A stretch of 64,000 nucleotides of DNA from an uncultured Dehalococcoidia bacterium (GCA_964649215.1 CAZYOV010000002.1:2288-66287); one strand, 5' to 3'. Positions 1-9,498 are shown, numbered from the stretch's first letter. Notes: generated by a model from the sequence alone, not told the origin. Translations and numbers: made by a program.

Positions 1-363
1 GAGACAGAGGACGGAACTCGATGTCAGCCGTGCAGCGCCGACCTGATCCATCCTCATAGGATCACCTCTGCCGGCAGCGCTGCGGCGGAGCCCACGCGGA
101 TGCATGGTCGAGCCCGAAGCGGAATAGAGGCCCAAGCGGCCTCTGCGCTACAGGTTCGACGATCCTCCGCGGCTGTTCGAGGTGAGTTGGCGGGAGTAGC
201 CTTCACCCGCTAACAATAATCACACTTATTCTCACGTGAGGTGGTTCGGGAGCGCCCTATTCTTGGGAAACTCGGGGCTGTCAAGAGCCTCCCAACCGGC
301 GGTATCGCACTAACGGCACTTAGTCACCCCTTCTCCCTTCCTGCTGCCCTAATCTCTATGCTA

Positions 364-2544
364 CTAAACGTCGATCCCCAGCGTGAGCGTCGCGTCGTTG
401 CCTGTATTGAGGCGGTCCTGCCCGCCATCCGCTCCGGTGAGGCCGCAATCGTCACCCAGCGGGAACAGCGGTGGGAACAGCCCCAGGTTCGGGTCGGCCG
501 GGTGGCAGACGTCGACTTCGATGGTGAAATCGTCCGGGGGGCCCGGGGTGGGCGCCAAGCAACTCCAGAAGACTTTGATCCTTACCATGACGAACCCGAC
601 GGGGCCGGGCGTCACCTCGGCGGTTGCGAACGCCTCCAGCTCCAGGTCCTTAGCCAGGCTGCGCAGAGGCCCAGGCGGCCCGGGGTAGCGGCCGCTGTCG
701 TGGTTGATGAAGCCGACCCCGGCTTTGCTTACGACGCCCCCTGGCCCTATGAGGTCGAGCGACGTGATCGTAGCGGTGCAGCCGTCTATCAACCCCTGCG
801 GCTCCGTGTTGATGAGGAAGCCTATGCGGGCCGTATCTCCGCCGGTTATCACCCTGACCCTGTAGGGCCTTATCGCGTTGTTGGGAGGCGTGGGATCGCC
901 GAGGATTATAGGCGGGAAGAAGCGGAGGTCGTGGTCCGGCAGCTGGCATTTGCTGTCGGCCAGGTCGGTGCCTGGGCTGCTCGCGGGGTCGTTGTCGACG
1001 CCGTCGGCGCAGGTCCAGGGGAAGGCGATGTCCTCCACCTGTTCTGAGGCGTCGATGTCGTCCGGGTCGAGGACGGCGCCGGCGTTGCCGCACCAGCCGT
1101 CACCGTCCGTGTCCGTGCCTCCGATGCATACCGGCCCCTGGCCGAAGTCCCGGTGGGCGTGGCCATCGGAGATCGCGGTGTGGGGGTCGCACGCATCACC
1201 GATCCCGTCGGTCTGGGGGCCTATGTTTATGGCCGGGATCTCGGAGAACGCCTGGCTGGGGTTACCCACCAGCGGGCAGTTGTCCTGGCCGTTGGAGAAG
1301 AAGTCCCCGTCCTCGTCAAAGCTGCCGACAAAAGCGAACGGGTCGCAGCTGCTGGGGAGGTTGTCGTTATCTGGGTCCTCGGGCTGCGGGCCCGGCCCGC
1401 GTGGGTTGTAGCCGATGCCGCCGGGGGGGAACAGGAGCCCAGCGGGATCAAACGGCCGGTCGATGTCGAGAACGAGGTGGAGGTGGGAGTCCACGTGCAG
1501 GGGACACTTGTCCAGCTGGTTCTCGATACCGTCGTTGTCCGTGTCGCGGCCGGTAATCGCTGCGATTTTGAAGAGGTAGGAGTCCGCGGTGCTCGGGTTC
1601 TGCCGCAGGGGGAAACCGCACCCCTCATCGGGGCCGTTGACGCCGTTGTTGTCTAAACCGTCACAGATATCAGTTCCCGGGAAGGGAAGCCCTGACACTG
1701 GATCGATCTGTACTAAGCTGCCGCCAGCCGGTGGCAAGAATACGTTCGGGAACAGTACCGGTGCGCCCAACGACACACCGGAGATGGTCGTTGTGGTAAA
1801 GACCGCCGGGGCGGCTGCGGTGCAGACCATGCTGATGCCGCTAAGGGACGTCGGAGCAAGGGGGTCCTCGAGGATCGAGATGGTGGGGCTGCCCTTACTA
1901 GCCGGGTAATCTGGGATGCTTCCCGGCGCGAATGTCAGTAGCTCCAGATTCGTCGGCGAGGTCGGTGCAATGAGGATCTGGCCATGGTAGCGGGCGATTG
2001 GCACCGGCGGGGCGCCGCCCGGGTTCAAGTTAGCCAGATGCGCGTCGAGGAAGCGGGGCCACTTGGTCACCGCGTCAGGGAGACCGTCTAGTGGAGAGGC
2101 ATCGGCGTTGCCCGGCCAGATGGTGTCGGCGGGCGAGCCGCCGATGCCCACGGTGGTGTCGACGGTTGAGTCCACCATGGCGAAGGGCACCATCACCGGG
2201 ATGACGCAGGTGTTGATAGCGATCGTGTTGATGGCTATCTGCACGATCGAGGTCAGGGGCCCCACGACGGCGCCGTCAGGCACCTCCGCGTCGGTTGCGA
2301 TTCCCCAACCGTTGGGGGTGAAGCTGACCGTTCCCCCCCATGGGAAGGAGGCCGGCGCCGGCAGTTGCAAAAGGGTTGTGATGTCGGCGTTAGCGTTGGT
2401 GGCGGTGTTGGATACCGATGTGGGGTAGCTCACCACATTAGGAACGGCGCTGGCCGTCCCGTTGCCGGAAAAGAGGAAGACGAGCATAGCGAGAGCCGCT
2501 ATCAGTACTACAACTTTTGGTTTGCCAAGTCCGTGGGTAGTCAT
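364..2544 (-). CDS. secreted Ca-binding repeat protein with thrombospondin type 3 (TSP3) repeats
   Basis: 726-aa ORF. N-terminal signal peptide (KPKVVVLIAALAMLVFLFSG..ASA). Several TSP3-type motifs: DTDNDGIENQLDKCP, DEDGDFFSNGQDNCPLVGNPSQ, TDTDGDGWCGN. Confidence 0.7.
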   Translation of the reverse strand: MTTHGLGKPKVVVLIAALAMLVFLFSGNGTASAVPNVVSYPTSVSNTATNANADITTLLQLPAPASFPWGGTVSFTPNGWGIATDAEVPDGAVVGPLTSIVQIAINTIAINTCVIPVMVPFAMVDSTVDTTVGIGGSPADTIWPGNADASPLDGLPDAVTKWPRFLDAHLANLNPGGAPPVPIARYHGQILIAPTSPTNLELLTFAPGSIPDYPASKGSPTISILEDPLAPTSLSGISMVCTAAAPAVFTTTTISGVSLGAPVLFPNVFLPPAGGSLVQIDPVSGLPFPGTDICDGLDNNGVNGPDEGCGFPLRQNPSTADSYLFKIAAITGRDTDNDGIENQLDKCPLHVDSHLHLVLDIDRPFDPAGLLFPPGGIGYNPRGPGPQPEDPDNDNLPSSCDPFAFVGSFDEDGDFFSNGQDNCPLVGNPSQAFSEIPAINIGPQTDGIGDACDPHTAISDGHAHRDFGQGPVCIGGTDTDGDGWCGNAGAVLDPDDIDASEQVEDIAFPWTCADGVDNDPASSPGTDLADSKCQLPDHDLRFFPPIILGDPTPPNNAIRPYRVRVITGGDTARIGFLINTEPQGLIDGCTATITSLDLIGPGGVVSKAGVGFINHDSGRYPGPPGPLRSLAKDLELEAFATAEVTPGPVGFVMVRIKVFWSCLAPTPGPPDDFTIEVDVCHPADPNLGLFPPLFPLGDDCGLTGADGGQDRLNTGNDATLTLGIDV

Positions 2545-2887
2545 CTACAACCTCCCTCTGGGCTTACAAAATGCAGATAGCCCTCTGCCGCCGCAGGCGG
2601 GGGATGCGGAGCCGGCTGGTTGACAGAGTCGCACGAAGGGGCGAATTACTGAGCCGGGTTTCGATAGCACGCACCCCCATTTCATTTAGCGGTCAACCAC
2701 TGTGCGGTCGTGTAGTAACATAAGGAGAACCGTTTGTCAAACCCAGGCGCACAATCGCGGCGGCAGCCTAGTCTCCCTGTCGCCACATCACTTCGAACAG
2801 CCGCACCCCCATCCTAGTGTTACCATCTCAAACTGGCCTAAATTCATGTGTGCTAGACTAGCGGCACTAGACATAAGGAGGTTCACG

Positions 2888-3682
2888 ATGAATTTAGTGA
2901 CAGGAGCGGCTGTAGCATTCGCACTGGTGGTGGCTGCCGTGGTTGGCGGCGTGGTCTGGCAGCAGACGCGGGCCTCGGCGGTGCCGCTGCCCGACCCAGC
3001 GGAAGTTCGCATCACTCCGGCCACCATCAACATCCCAGAAGGCGCAACGGATACCGTTGAGTTGGGGGTGTTCGGGCTGGACGCCGATCAGAACCCGGAT
3101 GAGGGGTTCGACTTTGTGGTGAGCTACGACCCGGCCATCGTCGACGCTACCGGTTGTACCTTTGAGATATTGCCTGGCTCTTGTAACGCGACGTTCGAGA
3201 ACAACAACCTCGATCCCGACAAGGTACGGTCATCCGGATTTGGCGGTCCCCTCGGGACGGGTGACCTAACCCTGGCCGCCTTTGAGTTCCAGGCCTTGGT
3301 CGGCCAGGCGGGCAACTGCACCACTCTCACGGTGTCCCTGCACTTTCTCGGGATCTTCCCAATGGAAGATATTCCCCACGACACAGTAAACGGCCAGATC
3401 TGTGTCACGGCCGGGCCTCCCACGCCCAGCCCAACTCTTACCGGAGAACGGGGGTCGGCGGTGTTGACTGAGGTGATCAAGACGGACAAGGAGAACGCCA
3501 TCACTGGGTTCGTGACCTTCTCTCAGCTGCAGCCAGACACGGACTACACGGTAGTATTTGTGAGCACTGACGTACTGTGTCGAGGCCAGATGGTCACAGA
3601 CAAGACCACAGGCGGCTTTCGCGCCATCTGCGGTGGTGGCAATTTCAAGAGCGTTACTATCGACTGGCTCGTGATTCGCTAG
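2888..3682 (+). CDS. membrane-anchored cohesin-like domain protein
   Basis: ATG at 2888 preceded by AGGAGG at 2875-2880; the ORF track starts further upstream at 2702. N-terminal TM helix (AAVAFALVVAAVVGGVVW). Cohesin-like segments GFDFVVSYDPAIVDA and GDLTLAAFEFQALVGQAG. Confidence 0.5.
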   Translation: MNLVTGAAVAFALVVAAVVGGVVWQQTRASAVPLPDPAEVRITPATINIPEGATDTVELGVFGLDADQNPDEGFDFVVSYDPAIVDATGCTFEILPGSCNATFENNNLDPDKVRSSGFGGPLGTGDLTLAAFEFQALVGQAGNCTTLTVSLHFLGIFPMEDIPHDTVNGQICVTAGPPTPSPTLTGERGSAVLTEVIKTDKENAITGFVTFSQLQPDTDYTVVFVSTDVLCRGQMVTDKTTGGFRAICGGGNFKSVTIDWLVIR

Positions 3683-3696
3683 CGGTCGCTCTCACT

Positions 3697-3735
3697 CCGT
3701 TTGACACCCGCCCCGCCCAGGCGCATAACCGCGGC
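3697..3735 (+). repeat. motif-1 copy A: promoter-like repeat TTGACA(3701-3706)-N17-CATAAC(3724-3729); a perfect TATAAT also at 3753-3758
   Basis: ccgtttgacacccgccccgcccaggcgcataaccgcggc, 48 bp upstream of the collagen-like CDS. Confidence 0.6.
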
Positions 3736-3782
3736 CTGGCCGACAGCTAGGGTATAATCGGCGGCACGGAAGGGGGTGCGTT

Positions 3783-4340
3783 ATGCGCCGATGGTTCTCC
3801 AATCTCGCCTCGCAATTCTCTGCGTTTCCCCGCTGGTTATTGGTTCCAGCCTTCTTTCTCGGATGGCTCGCGGGGAGCTTTGGCGTAAGTTTCGCCACCG
3901 TTGAATGGCGGGCACCGGATGAAGCTCTAGTGCAAGACATACAGCAGCAGGTTGACGAGTTAGCCCTAGAGGTCGCGAAGGGGAAGCCTGGGCCTCCTGG
4001 ACCCGAAGGCCCACTAGGCCCAGATGGACCATCAGGACCAAGGGGACTCGTGGGGGAACCGGGGCCAGCAGGGCCTCCAGGACCAGCGGGGCCCCCAGGG
4101 CCGCAGGGGACACCGGGTACCGTTACGAACATCGATCAGTTCGTTCAAAAGGACATCCTGAGCCTAAAATCGACTCTAGACTTGGACGACCTTCAGAACT
4201 GCCTTAATGATCTCCAACGAGCCATTGACAAAATAGACCGGGCGCTACAGGACATAGACTTCGCTCTAAGCTTCGACAGTTTCTACATCGCACCAAGTAT
4301 ATTTACCCCGTTCAGCTGTGGTTCTGTCTCAGGCTTCTAG
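3783..4340 (+). CDS. collagen-like triple-helix repeat protein with N-terminal TM anchor
   Basis: 185 aa. TM segment ([18 protein letters not shown]), then about 25 uninterrupted G-X-Y triplets ([46 protein letters not shown]), then a C-terminal non-collagen domain. Confidence 0.65.
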   Translation: MRRWFSNLASQFSAFPRWLLVPAFFLGWLAGSFGVSFATVEWRAPDEALVQDIQQQVDELALEVAKGKPGPPGPEGPLGPDGPSGPRGLVGEPGPAGPPGPAGPPGPQGTPGTVTNIDQFVQKDILSLKSTLDLDDLQNCLNDLQRAIDKIDRALQDIDFALSFDSFYIAPSIFTPFSCGSVSGF

Positions 4341-4576
4341 CGGGCCGGGGCTGGTTGGGAGGAGCCTGGGGAGTATCGGAGCCTGCGAGCGACGCACGAC
4401 TAACCGCATCGGCTAGAAGGGCATGAGGCCAGCTACCCGCTCGGCATCTAGAATGACGGCTTCATCAGAAAAAAGGGCAGTAAATTCGCCGTCGCTAGGA
4501 GCACCCTAGCCGGGAGCCCAGGGCTCAGTCGTACGCATGAACACTAATCTGCCTTAGTGCTAGCCAAACATCTGGC

Positions 4577-5191
4577 CTATTTGATAGCCAGCGCGCACAA
4601 CGCACGCGGCCTGGTTCGCCTCATCTCCAGGTGGGCCTCTCGGAAGCCGGCCTGCGTCAACATCCCCACGATCTCCTCGCCGGTGTACAGCGCGTAGTAG
4701 TGGTCGGTAAAGCGCCAGCGTCCCAGCTCCTCTTTGGGCGACACCGTTATCGCGATCAGGCCACCCGGCTTCAGCACCCGCCGCAGCTCTTGCAGAACCG
4801 CGTCCGGCTCCGGCCAGAAGTAAATACCCTGGATCGCGCACGCCTTATCGAACCAGCTATCTTCGTATGGCAGATCCCGGGCTTCTCCCCACCGTAGTTC
4901 CGTCCGCCCCTCTCTGATCGCCGACGCGTTTTTTATCCGCGCCTGCTCGACCATCGTCTCAGAGTGATCGATTCCTGCGACGAACCCCGATGAAGCGAGC
5001 TGCGACATCCGTCTGATTGCCACCCCACTCCCGAAACCGACCTCCAGAACACGATCCTGGGGCCGTATATTCATCAATCGGGTAGTCCAGATGTTGATCG
5101 GACGGTTCACAAGCGCCATCCCGCGGCCCACCAACCTGCCCAACAGCCCCCTCGGTCGGCGCAGCTGTGAACCCATCATCCTCGAGATCAA
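4577..5191 (-). CDS. class I SAM-dependent methyltransferase
   Basis: Motif I VLEVGFGSGV and post-I LKPGGLIAITV; 204 aa. Confidence 0.7.
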   Translation of the reverse strand: MISRMMGSQLRRPRGLLGRLVGRGMALVNRPINIWTTRLMNIRPQDRVLEVGFGSGVAIRRMSQLASSGFVAGIDHSETMVEQARIKNASAIREGRTELRWGEARDLPYEDSWFDKACAIQGIYFWPEPDAVLQELRRVLKPGGLIAITVSPKEELGRWRFTDHYYALYTGEEIVGMLTQAGFREAHLEMRRTRPRALCALAIK

Positions 5192-5390
5192 GCGTTATCC
5201 CTCCTCACCCCAGCGAGCGATCGTCACTCCGTCCTCAGTCTTCATGTACTGGATGCGCGGCTCCACAGCGACCCTATTCTACGTCATCACCCGCATCTTG
5301 GCAGCGGCCGAACTCGCAGTATCGACGCTAACAACCCTTAGTGTCACCTGGCGATTCCCGGTAGGGCAGGCCTCGACATAACCTTAGTCC

Positions 5391-5639
5391 GTGATCCGCT
5401 GTGCCTTCTGTCGCCGCCGCGCCGCTGGCGTGTTCGCCGCCACCGTCCTTGATGGGCCCCGGGAGGACGAGGACTCGTGGCGACGCGGACTCGCTCCCAT
5501 GTGCAAACGATGCCAGCGCATGCTGGGCGAGGCCGGACCGGAGGGCCGTCGGCTGAGGGACTCTAAGCAGCGCTGGTGGCTGGGCCATGGAATCGGTAAG
5601 GTCGGCGGCCAGAAAGCTGGTCCTGGTTCTATGCTATAA
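5391..5639 (+). CDS. small four-cysteine zinc-ribbon protein (ZR family, copy 1)
   Basis: CAFC...CKRC pairs. Conserved PEGRRL and WW.GH motifs shared with the ORFs at 8031 and 21828. GTG start. Confidence 0.45.
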   Translation: MIRCAFCRRRAAGVFAATVLDGPREDEDSWRRGLAPMCKRCQRMLGEAGPEGRRLRDSKQRWWLGHGIGKVGGQKAGPGSML

Positions 5640-5788
5640 TCCCTGTCCGAGTTGAAGCCGGATAACGAGGTACGAATTCGACCGAGGCCCGGCCTTCGCG
5701 GCTGGGCGATCTGGGCAGCGGCCGTGGCGATAGTGCTGCGGCTCAACGGCACCCCCCCCTCTAGGCGGCGGCTCCTGTCTGCCCTCCT

Positions 5789-5840
5789 TTGACCCACCCC
5801 CCGTACGGCGCTATGCTTCCCCTACTGGGAGGGCTACCTC
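5789..5840 (+). promoter_or_regulatory. motif-2 promoter-like element TTGACC(5789-5794)-N17-TATGCT(5812-5817) followed by conserved tcccctactgggagggctacct
   Basis: A second copy with the same architecture occurs at 46293-46352. Confidence 0.4.
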
Positions 5841-5965
5841 ATGGAGCCCCGATTCGCTCTTCGCCATGTCCGGCGACTAGAGGAGGAGACCCAACGTGCA
5901 TTCGGTCGCACATCCGGGTAGCGAGCTTCGAGGGCAGGTCGAGGAGAATTAACCACTCCAGCTCC

Positions 5966-6003
5966 CCGTTGACACCCTCCCAGCCCAGGCGCACAATCGC
6001 GGC
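5966..6003 (+). repeat. motif-1 copy B: TTGACA(5969-5974)-N17-CACAAT(5992-5997)
   Basis: ccgttgacaccctcccagcccaggcgcacaatcgcggc, about 180 bp upstream of the 6180 CDS. Confidence 0.6.
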
Positions 6004-6179
6004 ATGGGCCGCAGGAAGGGCGTAACCATGAGAGGCTGGGCTGCCCTTGGTAACGAACATTAGGTACAAAAATACTCAGACCTCGCCATGCGGCGTTCGA
6101 AGCTCCTTGGCTATGATTGACGATCAGGGCGAGATGAGGCGGATGATCGCGCAGTAGTAGCCGCTCCGGATATACTAGC

Positions 6180-7556
6180 GTGAACACTGACTACGAAACG
6201 CTGACGGATCGGGAGCTCGCCGTGGCGGCGCGAGGGGGCGACCAGCGGGGGCTGGCGACGCTGTACGACCGCTACTTCCTGGGCCTGTACGACTTCGCCA
6301 TCCGCACTCTGCGCGACACCGACGCGGCGGCGGACGTCGTCCGGAAAACGTTCACGGAGGCGTCGCGGCAACTGGGCGAGGGGACGGTCCCGGAGAGCGT
6401 GAAGGCGTGGCTCTATGGCACCGCCCTCAGAGAGGCCACCACTGGGACGCGGCAGACCCCACCGCAGGAGGGCGGGCGTCGGCAACAGGCCGGGGCGCTC
6501 CCCTCGTTCGTCGAGATCGATTCGGCCCGCGCGCCTGACCCTCAGGCGCTCCAACGAGACGGGGATCTGAGGGAGCTTGTCTGGCAGTCCGCGACCGAGC
6601 TCAGCCCCAGGGAGTACGCTCTCCTCGACCTTCGGCACCGGCGCGAGCTGACCACCGCCGAACTGGCGGCGGCCGTGGGGATCGGCGGAGACACCGCCGA
6701 TGCCACCATCTCCGCGGTCAGCGACACACTGGAGCAGGCGGTGGTGACGGCGCTGCTCGTGCGACGGGGACGCCGTGACTGCCCCGAGCTGGCCGCGCTC
6801 CTGGATCGGACCTCCACCCCGGAGGTGCGACAGGCCGTCCTGGCGCACGCGCAGGAGTGCCCGCGCTGCCAGAGGACCCCAGCCGACTACCCATCGGCGC
6901 TCCAGATCCTGGCCGCCTTCGCGGCGGTGCCGGCGGCAGCCGGCCTGAAGGAGGTGATCTGGCTGGCCGTAGTGAGTACCGGGGCGCCAGCAGAGCCCGT
7001 TGCCGCCGCTCCTGCCGGGCGCGGGAGGCCGCTGCTCATAGCACTGCTCGCCGGGCTTGTGGCCCTAGCGATCGCCGTGGCCCTGATCCTCCTGCTCGAC
7101 TCCGGCGGCGACGATGGGCTGGGCAACCCGGACGACATCCGAAGCACCAGCCACGGGATCGGTGAGCCGTCGAGCGAAACGGTCGTGAGCTTGGTGTGGT
7201 CTCGGCAGGAGGGGGTCCTCGCCTACTCCGTGTCGTGGAGCGGCGACCGGTTCGAGCTTCCCGACGAGGTCGGCGACCTTTCCGGCGACGCAACGGACGC
7301 GATGAGCCCTCAGCTCACGCCCGGGGAGTGGTACTTCCACCTGCGGACCCAGCACGAGGATGGGACATGGACCAACACGGTCCACGTCGGGCCGTTCCAG
7401 ATCGTGGCCGAGGCAACCCCTACGGCCGAGCCTACGGCCGAGCCGACGCCCTCGCCGAGCCCGCAGCCGACACCCTCGCCGACCCCGGAGCCGAGCCCGA
7501 GCCCCACGCCGGAACCCACGCCCTCGCCGACGCCTGAGCCCACACCCACACCCTGA
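6180..7556 (+). CDS. ECF-type sigma factor fused to anti-sigma (zf-HC2-like), TM helix, extracytoplasmic domain and Pro/Thr-rich tail
   Basis: Sigma-70 region 2 (GDQRGLATLYDRYFLGLYDFAIRTLRDTDAAADVV) and region 4 HTH (LSPREYALLDLRHRRELTTAELAAAV). Cys pairs CPELAALL..HAQECPRCQ. TM segment LLIALLAGLVALAIAVALILLL. C-terminal PT-repeat tail (EPTPSPSPQPTPSPTPEPSP..). GTG start. Confidence 0.6.
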   Translation: MNTDYETLTDRELAVAARGGDQRGLATLYDRYFLGLYDFAIRTLRDTDAAADVVRKTFTEASRQLGEGTVPESVKAWLYGTALREATTGTRQTPPQEGGRRQQAGALPSFVEIDSARAPDPQALQRDGDLRELVWQSATELSPREYALLDLRHRRELTTAELAAAVGIGGDTADATISAVSDTLEQAVVTALLVRRGRRDCPELAALLDRTSTPEVRQAVLAHAQECPRCQRTPADYPSALQILAAFAAVPAAAGLKEVIWLAVVSTGAPAEPVAAAPAGRGRPLLIALLAGLVALAIAVALILLLDSGGDDGLGNPDDIRSTSHGIGEPSSETVVSLVWSRQEGVLAYSVSWSGDRFELPDEVGDLSGDATDAMSPQLTPGEWYFHLRTQHEDGTWTNTVHVGPFQIVAEATPTAEPTAEPTPSPSPQPTPSPTPEPSPSPTPEPTPSPTPEPTPTP

Positions 7557-7709
7557 GTGGCGCCAGGAGCTGTTCGCGGGCCTCATCACCCTCTGAGTAT
7601 GGGCGTGCGGCCCGCACTGTAGGCACGTAGGGGATTATTGTCAACAAGGAGGATTGCGTAGTGGGAGGGCGGCTGCGTGTCGCTGCTTGCCTCTGCCGCC
7701 ACCACTGGC

Positions 7710-7750
7710 CCGTTGACACCCGCCCACCCCAAGCGCACAATCGCGGCGGC
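7710..7750 (+). repeat. motif-1 copy C: TTGACA(7713-7718)-N17-CACAAT(7736-7741)
   Basis: ccgttgacacccgcccaccccaagcgcacaatcgcggcggcgggcagtg. Confidence 0.6.
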
Positions 7751-8030
7751 GGGCAGTGAGGTCGCCCCTCCTCAATGGTACCCCCTTGGGCAGCGCGGCT
7801 TTGCTGTCCGCCCGTCACTTGGCTGCTGTAACATCCCATCGTCAGTCGGTGTTTTACATAGTGGCGGAGGCACCACCACCAGGTGATGGTGCAGCGTTCC
7901 TCAACTGACGCGGGGGGTACGTGGTGCCTCTTCCCAAAGACACCCGTGGCACGACGGTGCCAGGCAGCCGAGACACTCACCAAGACACACCCATATCGGA
8001 CTTGAGCCGCGCTCCTCGCTACCCTGAGCG

Positions 8031-8304
8031 CATGCACGCCTGCCACTTCTGTGGTTCGCGCACTCCCAGCAAGTGGGCCGTCACAGCCCGCAACGGGGAC
8101 GCGCCAAACGACCGCTGGCGGCGGGAGATAGCGCCTATCTGCCCTCGCTGCAACAGGCTACTGGGCAAGGCTGTACCCGAAGGGCGCAGGCTGAAGACCA
8201 CAGGTGAGTGGTGGTACTCTGGGCACACCGTTGGACGGCACCTCGACTCGCCGGGCGCCAACGCGATGCAGGAGCACGCCGAGCGCGAACCGGAGAAAGA
8301 TTAG
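8031..8304 (+). CDS. small zinc-ribbon protein (ZR family, copy 2)
   Basis: MHACHFCGS...ICPRCNRLLGKAVPEGRRLKTTGEWWYSGH; about 85% identical to the ORF at 21562-21828. The ORF track starts at 7921 but the paralog supports M at 8031. Confidence 0.6.
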
Positions 8305-8309
8305 CGCCG

Positions 8310-8345
8310 CCGTTTACACCCGCCCAGCTCAGGCGCACAGCCAAA
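8310..8345 (+). repeat. motif-1 degenerate copy (TTTACA..CACAGC) immediately 3' of the ZR gene
   Basis: cgtttacacccgcccagctcaggcgcacagcc. Confidence 0.4.
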
Positions 8346-8988
8346 AATAAACGGGCGCAGCGGCCCTGTCGCGAAAACCGCTGCGCCATCCCTCAGCCAT
8401 GGAGCCGAGAGGCATGATTATACCACTCGAAGCCTTTTTGCAAACCTCTCAAAATATAGGGCCTTTTTGCGGCCCCCGGAATGTCCGGGGTGAAGCCTAG
8501 TATCTGTATAGGGAAACGCAGATCGGAGACCCGTCCCTGAGAGGCCCCTACCCCCTCCCCGCCCTGGCCCGTCCCTAGATAGCGCCTCACGCCCCGCCCT
8601 TAGGCATGGGAGGGTAGGACTCAAACCCCCATCGTGGGTGCCGGGGGCTGAATACAATCCTGTATTGCGTTGTCGCTAGATAGAGAGTCCTATCTACCTG
8701 TCGTGGGTGACGGCCCAAAGAGACGGCCACGGGGGGATGGTGCCTATCTGGGCCGGTTGCCCGTTTGGGGCCTGCCCGTGACGGGAGGGTTAACCCCTTT
8801 TAGGGCCGTGTGTGTGGGCCGGTTAACCCTCTCCTGTACCTAGAGAGAGGGAGGGGATGGTGCAGCTCCCCACATCCTCCACACACATTCGGTGACTAAC
8901 GCAAGGCCATCCCCTCCCCATGGAGAGACGGGCCGTTGGCAAGTATCGTTGCTGGCAGAGGGATGCCGGTATTCTTTGTCCCTACAGG

Positions 8989-9498
8989 CTAGGAGCTGGG
9001 GCTGTCCCCATCGTCCCTAACAACCTCCCCCTCTACAGTGTCGGAGTCCTCCAGGTTAGGGTTCTTCTGAGAGATAAAGTTGATCTGGATGCTCTGGGCG
9101 TTGAGGTTGGCGTTACCCGGCTTCCTATCGATCTCCAAAAGCTTCAACACCTTGTCCATGATGATGCCGGTTGTCACGGCTAGGGTTTGACCCTTGATGT
9201 TACCCGCCGCTAGTTCCTCTTCCAGCAGGTCGCTCGACAGCAGGGCTAGGTCTACGGCGCGGTTCTGTACGACCTCTTTCCTTTCACGTTGAAGTTCAGC
9301 GAATCGTTCCGGCTCTATACTCTTGGTCCAGCGCCAGATCAGGTCACGGCTAGGGGGACGGTCGGGATAGCGCTTGACCATCACACGGTAGGCGTCAGCG
9401 CAGTTGCCAGTAGCAAGGGCTACCGCTACGGCCTCAGCCTTGACCTCTAGCGGATATTCGTACTCGCTGCGGGGGATTACTTCGCGGTTACCACGCAT
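8989..9498 (-). CDS. small HTH protein, phage terminase small-subunit-like
   Basis: 169 aa. KAEAVAVALATGNCADAYRVMVKRYPDRPPSRDLIWRW. Clear paralog of the ORF at 26919-27458. Confidence 0.5.
   Translation of the reverse strand: MRGNREVIPRSEYEYPLEVKAEAVAVALATGNCADAYRVMVKRYPDRPPSRDLIWRWTKSIEPERFAELQRERKEVVQNRAVDLALLSSDLLEEELAAGNIKGQTLAVTTGIIMDKVLKLLEIDRKPGNANLNAQSIQINFISQKNPNLEDSDTVEGEVVRDDGDSPSS

Noticed and set aside
241-1047. 268-aa plus-strand ORF
   Set aside because: It lies antisense across the TSP3-repeat gene (364-2544), which has a signal peptide and recognisable repeats. It has the Arg/Gly/Pro-rich composition of a GC-rich antisense frame.
3960-4140. Tandem GGnCCn DNA periodicity
   Set aside because: It is explained by the Gly-Pro-X collagen triplets of the CDS, not a noncoding tandem repeat.
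6111-6848. 245-aa minus-strand ORF
   Set aside because: It is antisense to the sigma/anti-sigma fusion gene and has no motifs.
7430-7556. Low-complexity CCGA/GCC-rich DNA
   Set aside because: It encodes the Pro/Thr/Glu-rich C-terminal tail of the 6180-7556 protein.
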